Shown here one piece after another: positions 21,031 to 30,805 of a stretch of 64,000 nt of DNA. A program made the position numbers and the translations under genes. This DNA comes from an uncultured delta proteobacterium (GTDB lineage Bacteria; Desulfobacterota; Binatia; JACPRU01): the NCBI GenBank assembly GCA_963745025.1, contig CAVUWD010000011.1, positions 288,001 through 352,000 of the forward strand, in the 5' to 3' direction. Within the stretch, counting starts at the first letter, position 1, and each line of letters starts with the position of its first letter. The notes below the pieces were generated by a model. It was given only the letters and a program-made list of their open reading frames with translations, searched no databases and was not told the origin of the DNA.

Positions 21031-21154
21031 GCTCGCCGCCGGATCCGTGCTCGATCGATCGTGCCCAGACATTCGAATCGCACCAGATCGCTCGCGATGG
21101 GGCAGAGCGCTACTCCACCCGCAAGCTGCCTTTGGTCGCGGCGGCGGCCGACCG

Positions 21155-22909
21155 CTACCAGCCGATCGCGTACGACGGCAGCCGCCGGCTGACCTCGCCG
21201 CGCGGATCGGCGCCGGCGCGGACGCACCCGCGCTCCTCATCGACGACGATCGAGAGCACGTCGCCGGCAACCCAATCGCCCTCCACCTCGAGGAGGTGTC
21301 CGCGCGCGGTGAGCCCGGCGCGCACCGTCTCGGGCACGCGGCCTTCCACGCGGAGGCCGCCCGGTATCGCGCCGTGCGGGTAGAAGCTCGACGGGAAGTG
21401 CACTGACGAGAAGCGCGCCGCCTCGATCGCGTCCTGCACGTCCATGCCGAACTCGACGAGGTTGAAAAACACCTGCAGCGTCCACTGATCCTGCTGATCG
21501 CCGCCCTGCGTGCCGAAGATCATCGCCGGGGCGCCGCTCTGCAGCACGAGAGTCGGCGTGAGCGTCGTGCGGGGGCGCTTGCCGGGCATGAGAGCGTTCG
21601 GATGCCGGGGATCGAGATAGAAAGTCTGTAGGCGCGTACCGAGCGGGAAGCCGAGCTCGTCGATCACGGGCGAAGCGGAGATCCAGGCGCCGCTCGGCGT
21701 GAACGAGGCCATGTTGCGCGCGCCGTCCACCACCGCAACGTACACCGTGCCACGTCCCCAGTTCCGCGCCGCGAAGATCTCTTCACCTTCGAGGAGCGCG
21801 GCGCCGCGGCGCGGGTCGCCCGGACGCTGCTCGAGCGAGGCGCGCCGACGGTCGATGAGGGCGCGGCGCGCGGCCGCATAGCTGTCGGAAAGCAGTCCCG
21901 CGAGCGGCACGTCGACGAAGTGGGGATCGCCGTAGTATTGCTCACGGTCCGCGAAGGCGAGCTTCGCAGCCTCGGCGATGACATGAATGTAGTCCGCGCT
22001 ATTGTGCCCGAAAGCGCGGAGCTCGAAGCCGCTGAGGAGCATGAGCTGCTGCAGGAAGACGGGCCCCTGGCTCCAGGGTCCGCACTTGTGGACGGTGTAG
22101 CCGCGATAGTCGAGCGATACGGTCGGCTCGATCGCGCTCCGGTACTCGTGCAGATCCTCACGCCTGAGCAGCCCACCGTGAGCGACGGCGTGCGCGGCGA
22201 TGATGTCGGCGATCTCGCCCCGATAGAAGGCGTCGATTGCTGCGGCGATGCCGTCCGTGCGGCCGTGCCCACGAGCACGCTCCTCGGCGGCGATGAGACG
22301 GCGGAACGTGCGAGCGAGATTGGGGTTTCGCATCCGCTCGCCGATCTCGGGCAGGCGCCCGCCGGGAAGATAGACCGCGGCCGACGAAGGCCAGGTCGTA
22401 CGAAAGAGATTGGCGCTGGCGGCGAGAGAGAAGTCACCGAGGGGATGTGCAGGCGCCGGACCCCGGAGCGCGGGATGAAGCGGGAATCCCTCCTCGGCGA
22501 GCTCGAGGGCCGGCGTGACGACCTCTGCGAAGCTTCGAGTTCCGAAGCGGGCCAGGACTGTCAGGAGCGCGTGCGGTACCGCGGGCGGACCCGCGGCGAG
22601 CACGCCTGCCAAAGGAATGAGGTCGATCTCGTGTGCCTTGAACCACTCGATCGTGGCGGCCCGTGGCGCGACTGTGTCGCCGTTGACGGCGAACACCGAG
22701 CGCTCCGAAGCGACGTAACCGAGCGCGGAGAGCTCTCCGCCGAGGGTATGCATGTGCGGGTTGAGGACGCCTTCCGCGAGCGTCGCTGCGATTGCGGCGT
22801 CGAAGGCGTTTCCGCCAGCGTGGAGGATGCGCAGGCCGGCCTCGGCCGAAAGGTAGTGCTCCGTCACCACCATGCCGCGGGTGCCCATCAGCGTCGGTCG
22901 CTGTGGCAT
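21155..22909 (-). CDS. Gamma-glutamyltransferase family protein
   Basis: GGNAFDAAIA, KLAFADRE.YYGD, GTVYVAVVD nucleophile Thr, PGKRPRTTLTP, GTQGGDQQ. Confidence 0.93.
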   Translation of the reverse strand: MPQRPTLMGTRGMVVTEHYLSAEAGLRILHAGGNAFDAAIAATLAEGVLNPHMHTLGGELSALGYVASERSVFAVNGDTVAPRAATIEWFKAHEIDLIPLAGVLAAGPPAVPHALLTVLARFGTRSFAEVVTPALELAEEGFPLHPALRGPAPAHPLGDFSLAASANLFRTTWPSSAAVYLPGGRLPEIGERMRNPNLARTFRRLIAAEERARGHGRTDGIAAAIDAFYRGEIADIIAAHAVAHGGLLRREDLHEYRSAIEPTVSLDYRGYTVHKCGPWSQGPVFLQQLMLLSGFELRAFGHNSADYIHVIAEAAKLAFADREQYYGDPHFVDVPLAGLLSDSYAAARRALIDRRRASLEQRPGDPRRGAALLEGEEIFAARNWGRGTVYVAVVDGARNMASFTPSGAWISASPVIDELGFPLGTRLQTFYLDPRHPNALMPGKRPRTTLTPTLVLQSGAPAMIFGTQGGDQQDQWTLQVFFNLVEFGMDVQDAIEAARFSSVHFPSSFYPHGAIPGGLRVEGRVPETVRAGLTARGHLLEVEGDWVAGDVLSIVVDEERGCVRAGADPRGEVSRRLPSYAIGW

Positions 22910-23089
22910 GAGATCCCCGTCTAGTCGAGAAGCGCGGAGCGATCCAGGAGAAGAGGATCGCCGACTCGTTCGCCACGTGACCGCTCGTGCTCGAGATCGG
23001 CATGCACACGTGGCCCGGGGAGCTTCCGCCATCTATTTTAGCTCCAGGCTCGGGTTGCATCGAGGCGGCTCCGGTGTGAGCATCCGCGC

Positions 23090-23503
23090 ATGCCGACCTC
23101 GCTCCCTGACGACGTCAAGGCGCTCCTCGACGGTCCGAACTTCGCCCATCTCGCAACGCTCCGGAAGAACGGCGCGCCGCAGGTCGACCCCGTCTGGGTG
23201 GGCCGCGAGGGAAATCGCGTTCTCGTCGGCACGGGCGAAGGGACGGTCAAGGCCAAGAACTCGCGACGCGATCCGCGCGTCGGCCTCTCGATCATCGGCT
23301 TCCGCAATCCCTACGATGAGGCGATGATCCGCGGGCGCATCGTCGAGAGGCGGCCCGATCCTGATCTCGCGGTGATGGACGAGATCTCCCGAAAGTACAC
23401 GGGGAAGGAGTTCCCGTGGCGGAACCGCGAGGGCCGCGTCGTGCTCGTGATCGAGCCCGAGCACGTGACGGTTCGGAAGCTGCCGTTCGATCCTCCAGCG
23501 TAA
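23090..23503 (+). CDS. PPOX-class F420-dependent oxidoreductase
   Basis: HLATLRKNGAPQV.PVW, KAKN.RRDPRV.LS, KYTG. Confidence 0.88.
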   Translation: MPTSLPDDVKALLDGPNFAHLATLRKNGAPQVDPVWVGREGNRVLVGTGEGTVKAKNSRRDPRVGLSIIGFRNPYDEAMIRGRIVERRPDPDLAVMDEISRKYTGKEFPWRNREGRVVLVIEPEHVTVRKLPFDPPA

Positions 23504-23704
23504 CGCGCGTCGGGGGGCGGAGCCCGCGCGGATAGCCCCGCATGGAGGTCGCGGCGTGCGTGATGATCTCTGGTAGAGACCGGAAATCCGCAAAGTGGAA
23601 CACGGCAGGTGTGAAGGCTAGGCACTGCGTCCGGGCGTCCCCGACCGCCGCCGCTGTACTGCACCCGAGCCGCTCTGCGATGATCGCCTGTCAAGGAGAC
23701 CGAG

Positions 23705-24538
23705 ATGGCCTACGACGGATACGAATGCCTGAAGATCCGGTTCGATCGTGGCGTGGCCTTCGTCACGATCGATCACCCGCCGATCAACCTGCTCGACCTG
23801 GCGCTGATCAACGACCTCGATCGCGTCGGACGCGAGATCGAAGCCGACCGTGACGTCCGCGTCGCCGTCTTCGAGAGCGCCGATCGGGACTTCTTCATCG
23901 CGCACGCGGACGTGAACCTGATCCTCTCGCTCCCAACCGAGCCACCCGCGAAATCGGACAAGCTCGGGCCGTTTCACCAGATGGTCGATCGCTTCCGGAC
24001 GATGCCGAAGGCAACGATCGGCAAGATCGAGGGGCGAGCCCGTGGCGGCGGCAGCGAGTTCCTGCTCTCGCTCGACATGCGCTTCGGGGCAATCGGGCGC
24101 GCCGTGCTGAGCCAGCCGGAAGTCTCGGTGGGCATCATCCCCGGCGGAAGCGGCACGCAGCGGCTGCCGCGGCTCATCGGTCGCGGCCGCGCGCTCGAGG
24201 TGATCCTCGGGTGCGAGGATTTCACCGCCGAGCTCGCGGAACGCTACGGCTACATCAACCGCGCCCTGCCCCCCGCCGAGCTCGGCCCCTTCGTCGAGCA
24301 ACTCGCCTACCGCATCGCGTCTTTCCCGCCAGAAGGGATCGCGCTCGCCAAGGCCGCCGTGAATGCGGCCGAGCGACCGACCGTAGAGGGTCTCCTCGAG
24401 GAGGCCCACCTCTTTCTCCAGTCCGCGGCGACGGAGAACGCTCGCGGGCGCATGAGGCGGTTCCTCGAGCAGGGCGGTCAGACCCGAGAACGGGAGCTCT
24501 CGCTCGGCGAAGTGGTCGCGCGGATGGGTCGCGCGTAG
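23705..24538 (+). CDS. Enoyl-CoA hydratase/isomerase family protein
   Basis: FFIAHAD, GRARGGGSE, PEVSVGIIPGGSGTQRL. Confidence 0.92.
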   Translation: MAYDGYECLKIRFDRGVAFVTIDHPPINLLDLALINDLDRVGREIEADRDVRVAVFESADRDFFIAHADVNLILSLPTEPPAKSDKLGPFHQMVDRFRTMPKATIGKIEGRARGGGSEFLLSLDMRFGAIGRAVLSQPEVSVGIIPGGSGTQRLPRLIGRGRALEVILGCEDFTAELAERYGYINRALPPAELGPFVEQLAYRIASFPPEGIALAKAAVNAAERPTVEGLLEEAHLFLQSAATENARGRMRRFLEQGGQTRERELSLGEVVARMGRA

Positions 24539-24689
24539 CGCCGCGATCCGGCGAAGCGGGTTGCCGTGATTCGGTCGCCTGGATCGTCCGAAGTCTTGCG
24601 AAGTCGCTTGGAGGCCGTGGTCGCCACGCTTTCTTCCGGCCGCGAAGAGCTGCTCTTTGCGAGCGGCGCGGCGCAACCCAACATCGATC

Positions 24690-24813
24690 ACCCGCTCTCG
24701 CAGAGATCTTGAAGGTGCCGTTCTGGACGGCTGATCGCCCGCTCCACCGCGTCGTCCATCACGAGCTTCGTTGGGCGCGGCTGCTCCACACGCCCACTCG
24801 CGCGCGCCGTTGA
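24690..24813 (+). pseudogene. PIN/VapC toxin C-terminal remnant
   Basis: ALAEILKVPFWTADRPLHRVVHHELRW resembles the VapC C-terminus (LAE..L.C.xWTAD). Confidence 0.5.
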
Positions 24814-24891
24814 AAATGATACTAGACGAGGAGAAGATTCGCGCGAGGGTGGAACCATGCGATTTAAGCCGCTCCGCGAAAGGAGGTCTCC

Positions 24892-25977
24892 ATGCGCTTT
24901 GGTATCGTCGGTCCCGCCACGCCGGACATGCCCGCGTATTGCGCCGCCGCGGAATCGCTGGGCTTCGACGCCGGCTGGCTCTTCGATTCGCACATGGTCT
25001 ATTCCGACGTCTACGTCATCATGGCGCTCTGCGCCCAGCAGACCCGCCTGATGACGCTCGGTACCGGCGTCGCGGTAGCGCCCTCTCGCATCGCGCCCGT
25101 CACCGCCCACTCGATCGCGACCCTGAACCGGCTCTTCCCGGGCCGGATGGTCCTCGGGCTCGGAACCGGGAATACCGGCCGAAGGACGATGGGCTTCCCG
25201 CCGATGTCGTTTCGCGATTTTCGAGATTACGCGCGCACCGTGAAGGGGCTCCTGAGAGGCGAGACGGTCGAGTACCGCGAGGGCGACACCGTTCGGCCGA
25301 TCCGCCTCATGCACCCCGATCGCGGCGTGATCGACCTCGACGGGCCGATCCCCCTTCTCCTCGGTGCGTTCGGGCCTAAGGCGATGGAGCTGACGGGCGA
25401 GGTCGGCGACGGCTGGATTACCTTCTGGGGCGGCCCCGACGACGTCCGGGCCGCGCGCAAGGTGATCGACCGGGGAGCCGCGAAGGCTGGAAGAGATCTC
25501 GCCGCCGACGGCTTCCGCACCGTGTGCTTTCACAACGTCTACGTCACCCGACCGGGCGAGCGCGTCGACTCCGAGCAGGCGCGGATGGCCGTCGGACCGT
25601 CGATCTTCTCGGCGCTGCGCTACCAGATTCATGCGGGCAGCCTCGCGGTCGATGCCGCGGGCAAGCCGATCGGCGTCCCGGAGATGCTGGCGCGACCGAT
25701 CGAGCGCTTTCTCCGCTGGATGAAGAAAGAAGGAATCGACCCGGACCGCGACTACGCACGATTCTACGAGAACTACTTCCTCAGGCTGCGCAAAGAGCAT
25801 CTCGAGCTCCTCGACACGGATGTGATGCGCACGATCCCCATCGTCGGCCCGCCCGAGGAGTGCGTGGAGCGAGTGCGCCAGTTCGCGGACGCTGGCGTCA
25901 CTGACTTCGGCATCGTCCTTGGCGGAAACGCGCACGAGCTCATGTCTCGCTTCTCGCGCGCGGTGATTCGACGTTGA
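24892..25977 (+). CDS. LLM-class flavin-dependent oxidoreductase
   Basis: AESLGFD.GWLFDSH, LGTGV, GRMVLGLGTG, GPK.MELTGEVGDG; AGGAGG RBS. Confidence 0.92.
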   Translation: MRFGIVGPATPDMPAYCAAAESLGFDAGWLFDSHMVYSDVYVIMALCAQQTRLMTLGTGVAVAPSRIAPVTAHSIATLNRLFPGRMVLGLGTGNTGRRTMGFPPMSFRDFRDYARTVKGLLRGETVEYREGDTVRPIRLMHPDRGVIDLDGPIPLLLGAFGPKAMELTGEVGDGWITFWGGPDDVRAARKVIDRGAAKAGRDLAADGFRTVCFHNVYVTRPGERVDSEQARMAVGPSIFSALRYQIHAGSLAVDAAGKPIGVPEMLARPIERFLRWMKKEGIDPDRDYARFYENYFLRLRKEHLELLDTDVMRTIPIVGPPEECVERVRQFADAGVTDFGIVLGGNAHELMSRFSRAVIRR

Positions 25978-26101
25978 AAGGTCTGGCCGGCGGCTCGAGT
26001 CGTTTTCCGCTTCGCGAGCTTGCTTGCCGGCATCGACGGGACTAGGTTAGCTTTCCTTTGGTGGCGATCCGCAGGTCGCCGGTAGGAAGGAGGGCGAGCT
26101 C

Positions 26102-26431
26102 ATTTACTGCCGGGTATTTCAAGGTAACGCGCTCCCGGGAAAAGCCGCCGAGGCTCTCGCGGTCATCCGCCAGCAGGTTGATCTCGTGCGGCGCACGACC
26201 GGAATGCTTCTCGTGCAGGTTCTGCAAGGCGACGGCGAGATCCTGATCATCAGCTCTTGGCGCAGCGCCAAGGACCTGCGCGCGTATGCCGAGAGTGCAC
26301 TCGCAACCGACTTCGTTGCTCGTCTCACGCCGCTTCTGGTGGCGCCGCCTTCGGTGAGAAGCCTGGCGATCACGATTGCGGTCGAAGGAAGCGAGCCCTT
26401 TCTCCTGCACGACGAGGGCGGCGAAGGCTAG
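26102..26431 (+). CDS. ABM-like (dimeric alpha/beta barrel) protein, apparent ATT start
   Basis: Open frame IYCRVFQGNALPGKAAEAL...ISSWRS; AGGAGG 8 nt before ATT at 26102. Confidence 0.55.
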   Translation: MYCRVFQGNALPGKAAEALAVIRQQVDLVRRTTGMLLVQVLQGDGEILIISSWRSAKDLRAYAESALATDFVARLTPLLVAPPSVRSLAITIAVEGSEPFLLHDEGGEG

Positions 26432-26698
26432 CTCGGCAGCCTACGCGGCCGGAGCCGGGATCGCGACCGACGGGAGCGATCTGTGACGCAACCTCCTAGG
26501 CGGCGCGAGGGCCTCGTTCGGAATCACCCTTCTTCGGTTCGTGGCTCTCGACGCCGGGCTTCACCTCGGCTTTTGAGAATGCGGGACGGTTGGGGGGCTA
26601 GGCGGCGCGGGCTGACGCCGTCTCTCAACTCCTCGGTCGTTGAAACACGGCACCGAAGCTGACACTAAGTCGTGAGCTCTTTTGCCGGGAGGTGAATC

Positions 26699-27133
26699 AT
26701 GGGTAAGGAAGCAACGTGCTCGGGCAGCTGCTTTTGCGGAGCAGTGCAGCTCACAGTGAGCGGCGAGCCGGTGGCGATGGGCTACTGCCACTGCAGATCG
26801 TGCCGTCACTGGTCGGCAGGGCCCGTCAACGCCTTCTCATTGTGGAAGCCCGACGCCGTGAAGATCACACGGGGCGCCGACAACATCGGCGTGTACGCCA
26901 AAACGCCGCAGAGCCAGCGCAAGTGGTGCAAGAGTTGCGGCGGCCACGTCTTCACCGATCATCCGTCGATGGGGCTCATCGACGTGTACGCAGCCGTCAT
27001 TCCGGATCTCGCCTTCAAGCCGGCCGTGCACGTTCACTATCAGGAGGCGGTGCTGCGCGTGAAGGACGGGCTTCCGAAGATGAAGGACGTTCCGAAAGAG
27101 ATGGGCGGCTCGGGCCAGACCCTGCCCGAGTAG
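26699..27133 (+). CDS. GFA (glutathione-dependent formaldehyde-activating) family protein
   Basis: GSCFCGAV, CHCRSCR, WCKSCG Zn ligands; GGAGG RBS. Confidence 0.92.
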   Translation: MGKEATCSGSCFCGAVQLTVSGEPVAMGYCHCRSCRHWSAGPVNAFSLWKPDAVKITRGADNIGVYAKTPQSQRKWCKSCGGHVFTDHPSMGLIDVYAAVIPDLAFKPAVHVHYQEAVLRVKDGLPKMKDVPKEMGGSGQTLPE

Positions 27134-27147
27134 CGCGGGCTCTGGCG

Positions 27148-27280
27148 ATGGGCTTGCCCGGATCGAGCCGCCTCGCCTTCACTGCCGACTTGGAGATCTG
27201 CCGCCTGCTCGCGGGCATGTGGCAGGTCTCGGGCGCGCACGGTCGGATCGACCGCGAGCGCGCCCGGCAGGTCGCATCCC
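27148..27280 (+). pseudogene. Aldo/keto reductase 5' fragment
   Basis: MGLPGSSRLAFTADLEICRLLAGMWQVSGAHGRID, then runs into the convergent gene. Confidence 0.6.
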
Positions 27281-28039
27281 TCAGTACTCGGTCAGGATCT
27301 TGCCGTACGGGAGAAGGGCATTGAACCAGCCATATCGGCAGGAGACGATCTCCTTGACCGAGAGGCGGTGCCAGGGGTCGACCTCAGTCGGCGAATTGTA
27401 CGCGAGCGAGCCGGGTCCGCTCCAGACTTCCGTGAGGCCGTCGGTCGCGACGACCGGAGTGACTCGGAAGTCGCACGAGACGAGCTGCGCGATGGCGGGC
27501 CCCTCGCTCTCCTCGGCATTCGGGATCACCTTGAGCGACAGGATCTTCGGAAACTGGAACTGGTCCGCGGGCACGTTTCTGATGGTTCTCATCACCGCCG
27601 TCGCGAGACGGTTGCCCCGCGGCCGCTCGATGATGCCCATGTACTCCTCGTGCTCCTTCACGAGGTCGACGTGTGCGAGCTTCTTCGCGTATCCCCAGAT
27701 CTCCCGCCCGGCGATGAGCGGTGCTTCTTGAGTGACGAACAGGTTCGGCAAGAAGCTCATCAGCTCACCCTTCCACTTGCAGCCGATGCCGAGGATCGCC
27801 TCGTTGTAAGGGCCGAAGGTCGAGAAGTGGTATTTGGCGATGACCAGGCTCGCCGTCGCCGGCTCGGCGAGCTCCAACCCGTCCGGTAGCGCACGAAGCG
27901 CTTCCTCCTCGTCCGTGCGGTACTCGACGATGATCATCTCCATGTTCCGGTAGTAGAACGGCGGCGACTGCACCGCGGGGGCGGTCACCGGCATCGTGAA
28001 TCCGTACTGGCTCTTCCTGAGTCGCCCGTGCTTGGCCAT
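27281..28039 (-). CDS. Acetoacetate decarboxylase superfamily protein
   Basis: MP...PPFYY, FGPYNE, AGREIWGYAKKLA (Schiff-base Lys region), W.GPGSL. Confidence 0.88.
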   Translation of the reverse strand: MAKHGRLRKSQYGFTMPVTAPAVQSPPFYYRNMEMIIVEYRTDEEEALRALPDGLELAEPATASLVIAKYHFSTFGPYNEAILGIGCKWKGELMSFLPNLFVTQEAPLIAGREIWGYAKKLAHVDLVKEHEEYMGIIERPRGNRLATAVMRTIRNVPADQFQFPKILSLKVIPNAEESEGPAIAQLVSCDFRVTPVVATDGLTEVWSGPGSLAYNSPTEVDPWHRLSVKEIVSCRYGWFNALLPYGKILTEY

Positions 28040-28096
28040 GCTCTTCTCCTTCTCGCGCCGCTCGGCGCGCTCCTCCGACGGGGAAACGGGAATCGA

Positions 28097-30175
28097 TTAC
28101 TGGACGAACCTCTTGCCCTCCGCGACGAGGCGGTCGAGCATCGCGGCCGGCTTCCAGACATCACCCTCTCGGCGCTGCCACTCGAGCAGCCGGTCGCGGA
28201 TCGTGCGCAGGCCGATCTCGTCGGCCCAGAACATCGGGCCGCCGCGGTAGATCGGCCACCCGTATCCGTAGACCCAGATCACGTCGATGTCGCTGGCGCG
28301 AATCGCGATCTTCTCGTCGAGAATCTTGGCACCCTCGTTGACCATCGGGTAGAGGAGGCGCGCCAGGATCTCGTCGTCGGCGATCGGGCGCCGCACGATC
28401 CCGATCTCCTCCGCAACCTCGAGGATGATCCGCTCGACGTCGGGGTCGGGCGTGGCCGTGCGTTCGGCGCCGTACTTGTAGTAGCCAGCGCCGGTCTTCT
28501 GGCCGAAGCGTCCCATCTCGCAGAGCCGGTCGGCAACGGGCGACTTCCGCCCCTTGGCCTTGCGGATGCGCCAGCCGACGTCGAGCCCGGCGAGATCGCC
28601 CATCGCGAACGGGCCCATCGGGAAGCCGAACTCGTAGAGCACCTTGTCCACCTGGTGGGGCAGCGCGCCTTCGAGGACGAGCTTCTCGGCCTCGCGCCCG
28701 CGCTGATAGAGCATGCGGTTGCCGACGAACCCGTCGCAGACACCCACCAGCACCGGCACCTTGTGGATCCGTCGCCCGACGCTCATGGCGGTCGCGATCA
28801 CCGGCTTCGCGGTCTTTGCCCCGCGGACGACTTCGAGAAGCCTCATGACGTTGGCGGGGGAGAAGAAGTGCATGCCGATGACGCTTTCCGGGCGCGCGGT
28901 CGCCGAGGCGATCTCGTTGACGTCGAGCGTGGACGTGTTGGTGGCGAGGACGGCGCCGGCCTTGGCGATCGAGTCGATCTTCGCGAAGACCTCCTTCTTG
29001 ATCGGCATCTCCTCGAACACGGCCTCCACGACGATGTCGGCGTCAGCGATGACGCCGAAGTCGGTCGTGCCGTGGATGAGAGCCATGCGCGTCTCGACGT
29101 CCTGTGGAGCGAGGCGACCCTTACTCGCCGTCGCCTCGTAGTTCTTCCGCACCACCGTGAGGCCGCGGTCGAGAGCGTCCCGTGCGACCTCCACCACGGT
29201 CACGGGAATGCCGACGTTGGCGAAATTCATCGCGATGCCGCCGCCCATGGTCCCAGCGCCGATGACCGCCGCTTTGCGGATCTCCCGGGTCGGGGTGTCG
29301 CCAGGCACATCCGGTATCTTGGCCGCCTCGCGCTCGGCGAAGAAGAAGTACCGCTGCGCCTTCGACTCGGGCGAGCTCAGGAGCTCGACGAACAGCTCGC
29401 GCTCGCGCCCGAGGCCCTGGTCGAACGGCATGTTCACTGCCGCCTCGACCGCCTTGATGCAGTTCTCGGGTGCGCGGAATCCGCGTGTCTGTCGCGCGAT
29501 CGACTTCCTGAATCTCTCGAACACCTCGGGCTTGCCGCGGACGGCCTCGAGCTTCTCGCCGAGGTCTCGGATCTTCTTGAGTGGGCGCCGCTCGGCGAGG
29601 ATCTTGTCGGCGAAGGCCACTGCCGCCGTGCCGAGATCTCCTTCCACGATCTCGTCGATCAGGCCGTGTTCGCGCGCCTCACCCGCCCCGATCGGGTCGC
29701 CGCTCACGATCATCTGCAGCGCCTTCTCGACCCCGACGACGCGGGGCAGTCGCTGGGTGCCGCCCGCCCCGGGCAGGAGGCCGAGCTTCACCTCGGGCAG
29801 GCCGAAGCGCGCCGTCGCCACGCCGACCCGGTAGTGGCACGCGAGCGCGACCTCGAGGCCGCCGCCGAGCGCCGTGCCGTGGATCGCCGCCACGACGGGC
29901 TTCGGCGCGCCCTCGATCAGGTCGAGCACCTCGTGGAGGCCGGGCTCCTTCGGCACCTTGCCGAACTCCGTGATGTCCGCGCCCGCGATGAAGGTGCGAC
30001 CGGCGCAGACGATCACGATCGCACCAGCCCCCGGGTCGGCGGTTGCCTGCTTGACGCCGTCGCGCAGCCCTTCCCGAACGTGCTGGCTGAGCGCGTTGAC
30101 GGGTGGGTTATTGACCGTCAGGACCGCGACGCGGCCGCGACGCTGGAAATCCACGGACTGCGTGATGGCCGTCAC
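28097..30175 (-). CDS. Multifunctional enoyl-CoA hydratase / 3-hydroxyacyl-CoA dehydrogenase (FadB/FadJ-like)
   Basis: FIAGADI, LGGGLE, PEVKLG; GAGTMGGGIA, EAVFE, TNTST, GMHFFSPA, GFVGNR. Confidence 0.94.
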   Translation of the reverse strand: MTAITQSVDFQRRGRVAVLTVNNPPVNALSQHVREGLRDGVKQATADPGAGAIVIVCAGRTFIAGADITEFGKVPKEPGLHEVLDLIEGAPKPVVAAIHGTALGGGLEVALACHYRVGVATARFGLPEVKLGLLPGAGGTQRLPRVVGVEKALQMIVSGDPIGAGEAREHGLIDEIVEGDLGTAAVAFADKILAERRPLKKIRDLGEKLEAVRGKPEVFERFRKSIARQTRGFRAPENCIKAVEAAVNMPFDQGLGRERELFVELLSSPESKAQRYFFFAEREAAKIPDVPGDTPTREIRKAAVIGAGTMGGGIAMNFANVGIPVTVVEVARDALDRGLTVVRKNYEATASKGRLAPQDVETRMALIHGTTDFGVIADADIVVEAVFEEMPIKKEVFAKIDSIAKAGAVLATNTSTLDVNEIASATARPESVIGMHFFSPANVMRLLEVVRGAKTAKPVIATAMSVGRRIHKVPVLVGVCDGFVGNRMLYQRGREAEKLVLEGALPHQVDKVLYEFGFPMGPFAMGDLAGLDVGWRIRKAKGRKSPVADRLCEMGRFGQKTGAGYYKYGAERTATPDPDVERIILEVAEEIGIVRRPIADDEILARLLYPMVNEGAKILDEKIAIRASDIDVIWVYGYGWPIYRGGPMFWADEIGLRTIRDRLLEWQRREGDVWKPAAMLDRLVAEGKRFVQ

Positions 30176-30208
30176 GACGTTTCCACAAACGACATCGCGG
30201 TTGGCTCC

Positions 30209-30694
30209 CTAGAGCGGCTTCTTCAGCCAGTCGCGGTAGAAACCCTCGAGGTCGGGAAGGAAATCGAAGACCACCGGATAGCCGGGCGTCACGGCCTCGA
30301 CCTCGAGCTGGGTCTTGCAGCCAGGGCAATAGTACTCGCGGAGCTCCATCCACTGCGGGTCGCACTTCCGCGCGCCGGGGTAGATCTCGTCGAGCGTCTC
30401 CTCGCTGTCGCGCACGTAGACGAGCGCCTCGAGCTTCCAGTTCTCGGTGTACGGGCCGAACTCGTGGCCGCAGCCGCACTTGACGATGCGCTCCTGCCCC
30501 TTCTGCACGATGTAGAGGTGCTCGCCGATCGGCAAGAGGATCCGCTCCTTCCAGGGCACTCGCTCTTGCAGGATCTCTAGATAGATCTCGAAGCGCTCCT
30601 CGTCCTTGAAGTCGCTCATGATCGGCTTCGTCGTCTGCCACGGGAGCTTGCCGTCGATGAGATCGCGGATCACGTCCTTCGCGTAGCTCGGCAT
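30209..30694 (-). CDS. acxC: Acetone carboxylase-like gamma subunit
   Basis: KDEERF, LPIGEHLYIV, CGCGHEFG...NWK, REYYCPGC, EVEA..PGYP. Confidence 0.88.
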   Translation of the reverse strand: MPSYAKDVIRDLIDGKLPWQTTKPIMSDFKDEERFEIYLEILQERVPWKERILLPIGEHLYIVQKGQERIVKCGCGHEFGPYTENWKLEALVYVRDSEETLDEIYPGARKCDPQWMELREYYCPGCKTQLEVEAVTPGYPVVFDFLPDLEGFYRDWLKKPL

Positions 30695-30805
30695 GGAAGT
30701 CCTTCCCCTCTTAGCGCGACTGCGCCGCACCCGAAACGCGCGATCGCGACGATGCGTCGGTTCTCATTCTGTTCGCCGAAAAATGAGAATTCCTACCGTA
30801 GTCGC

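Noticed and set aside
28028-30580. 850-aa plus-strand ORF
   Set aside because: Antisense to fadB/acxC with no domain motifs.
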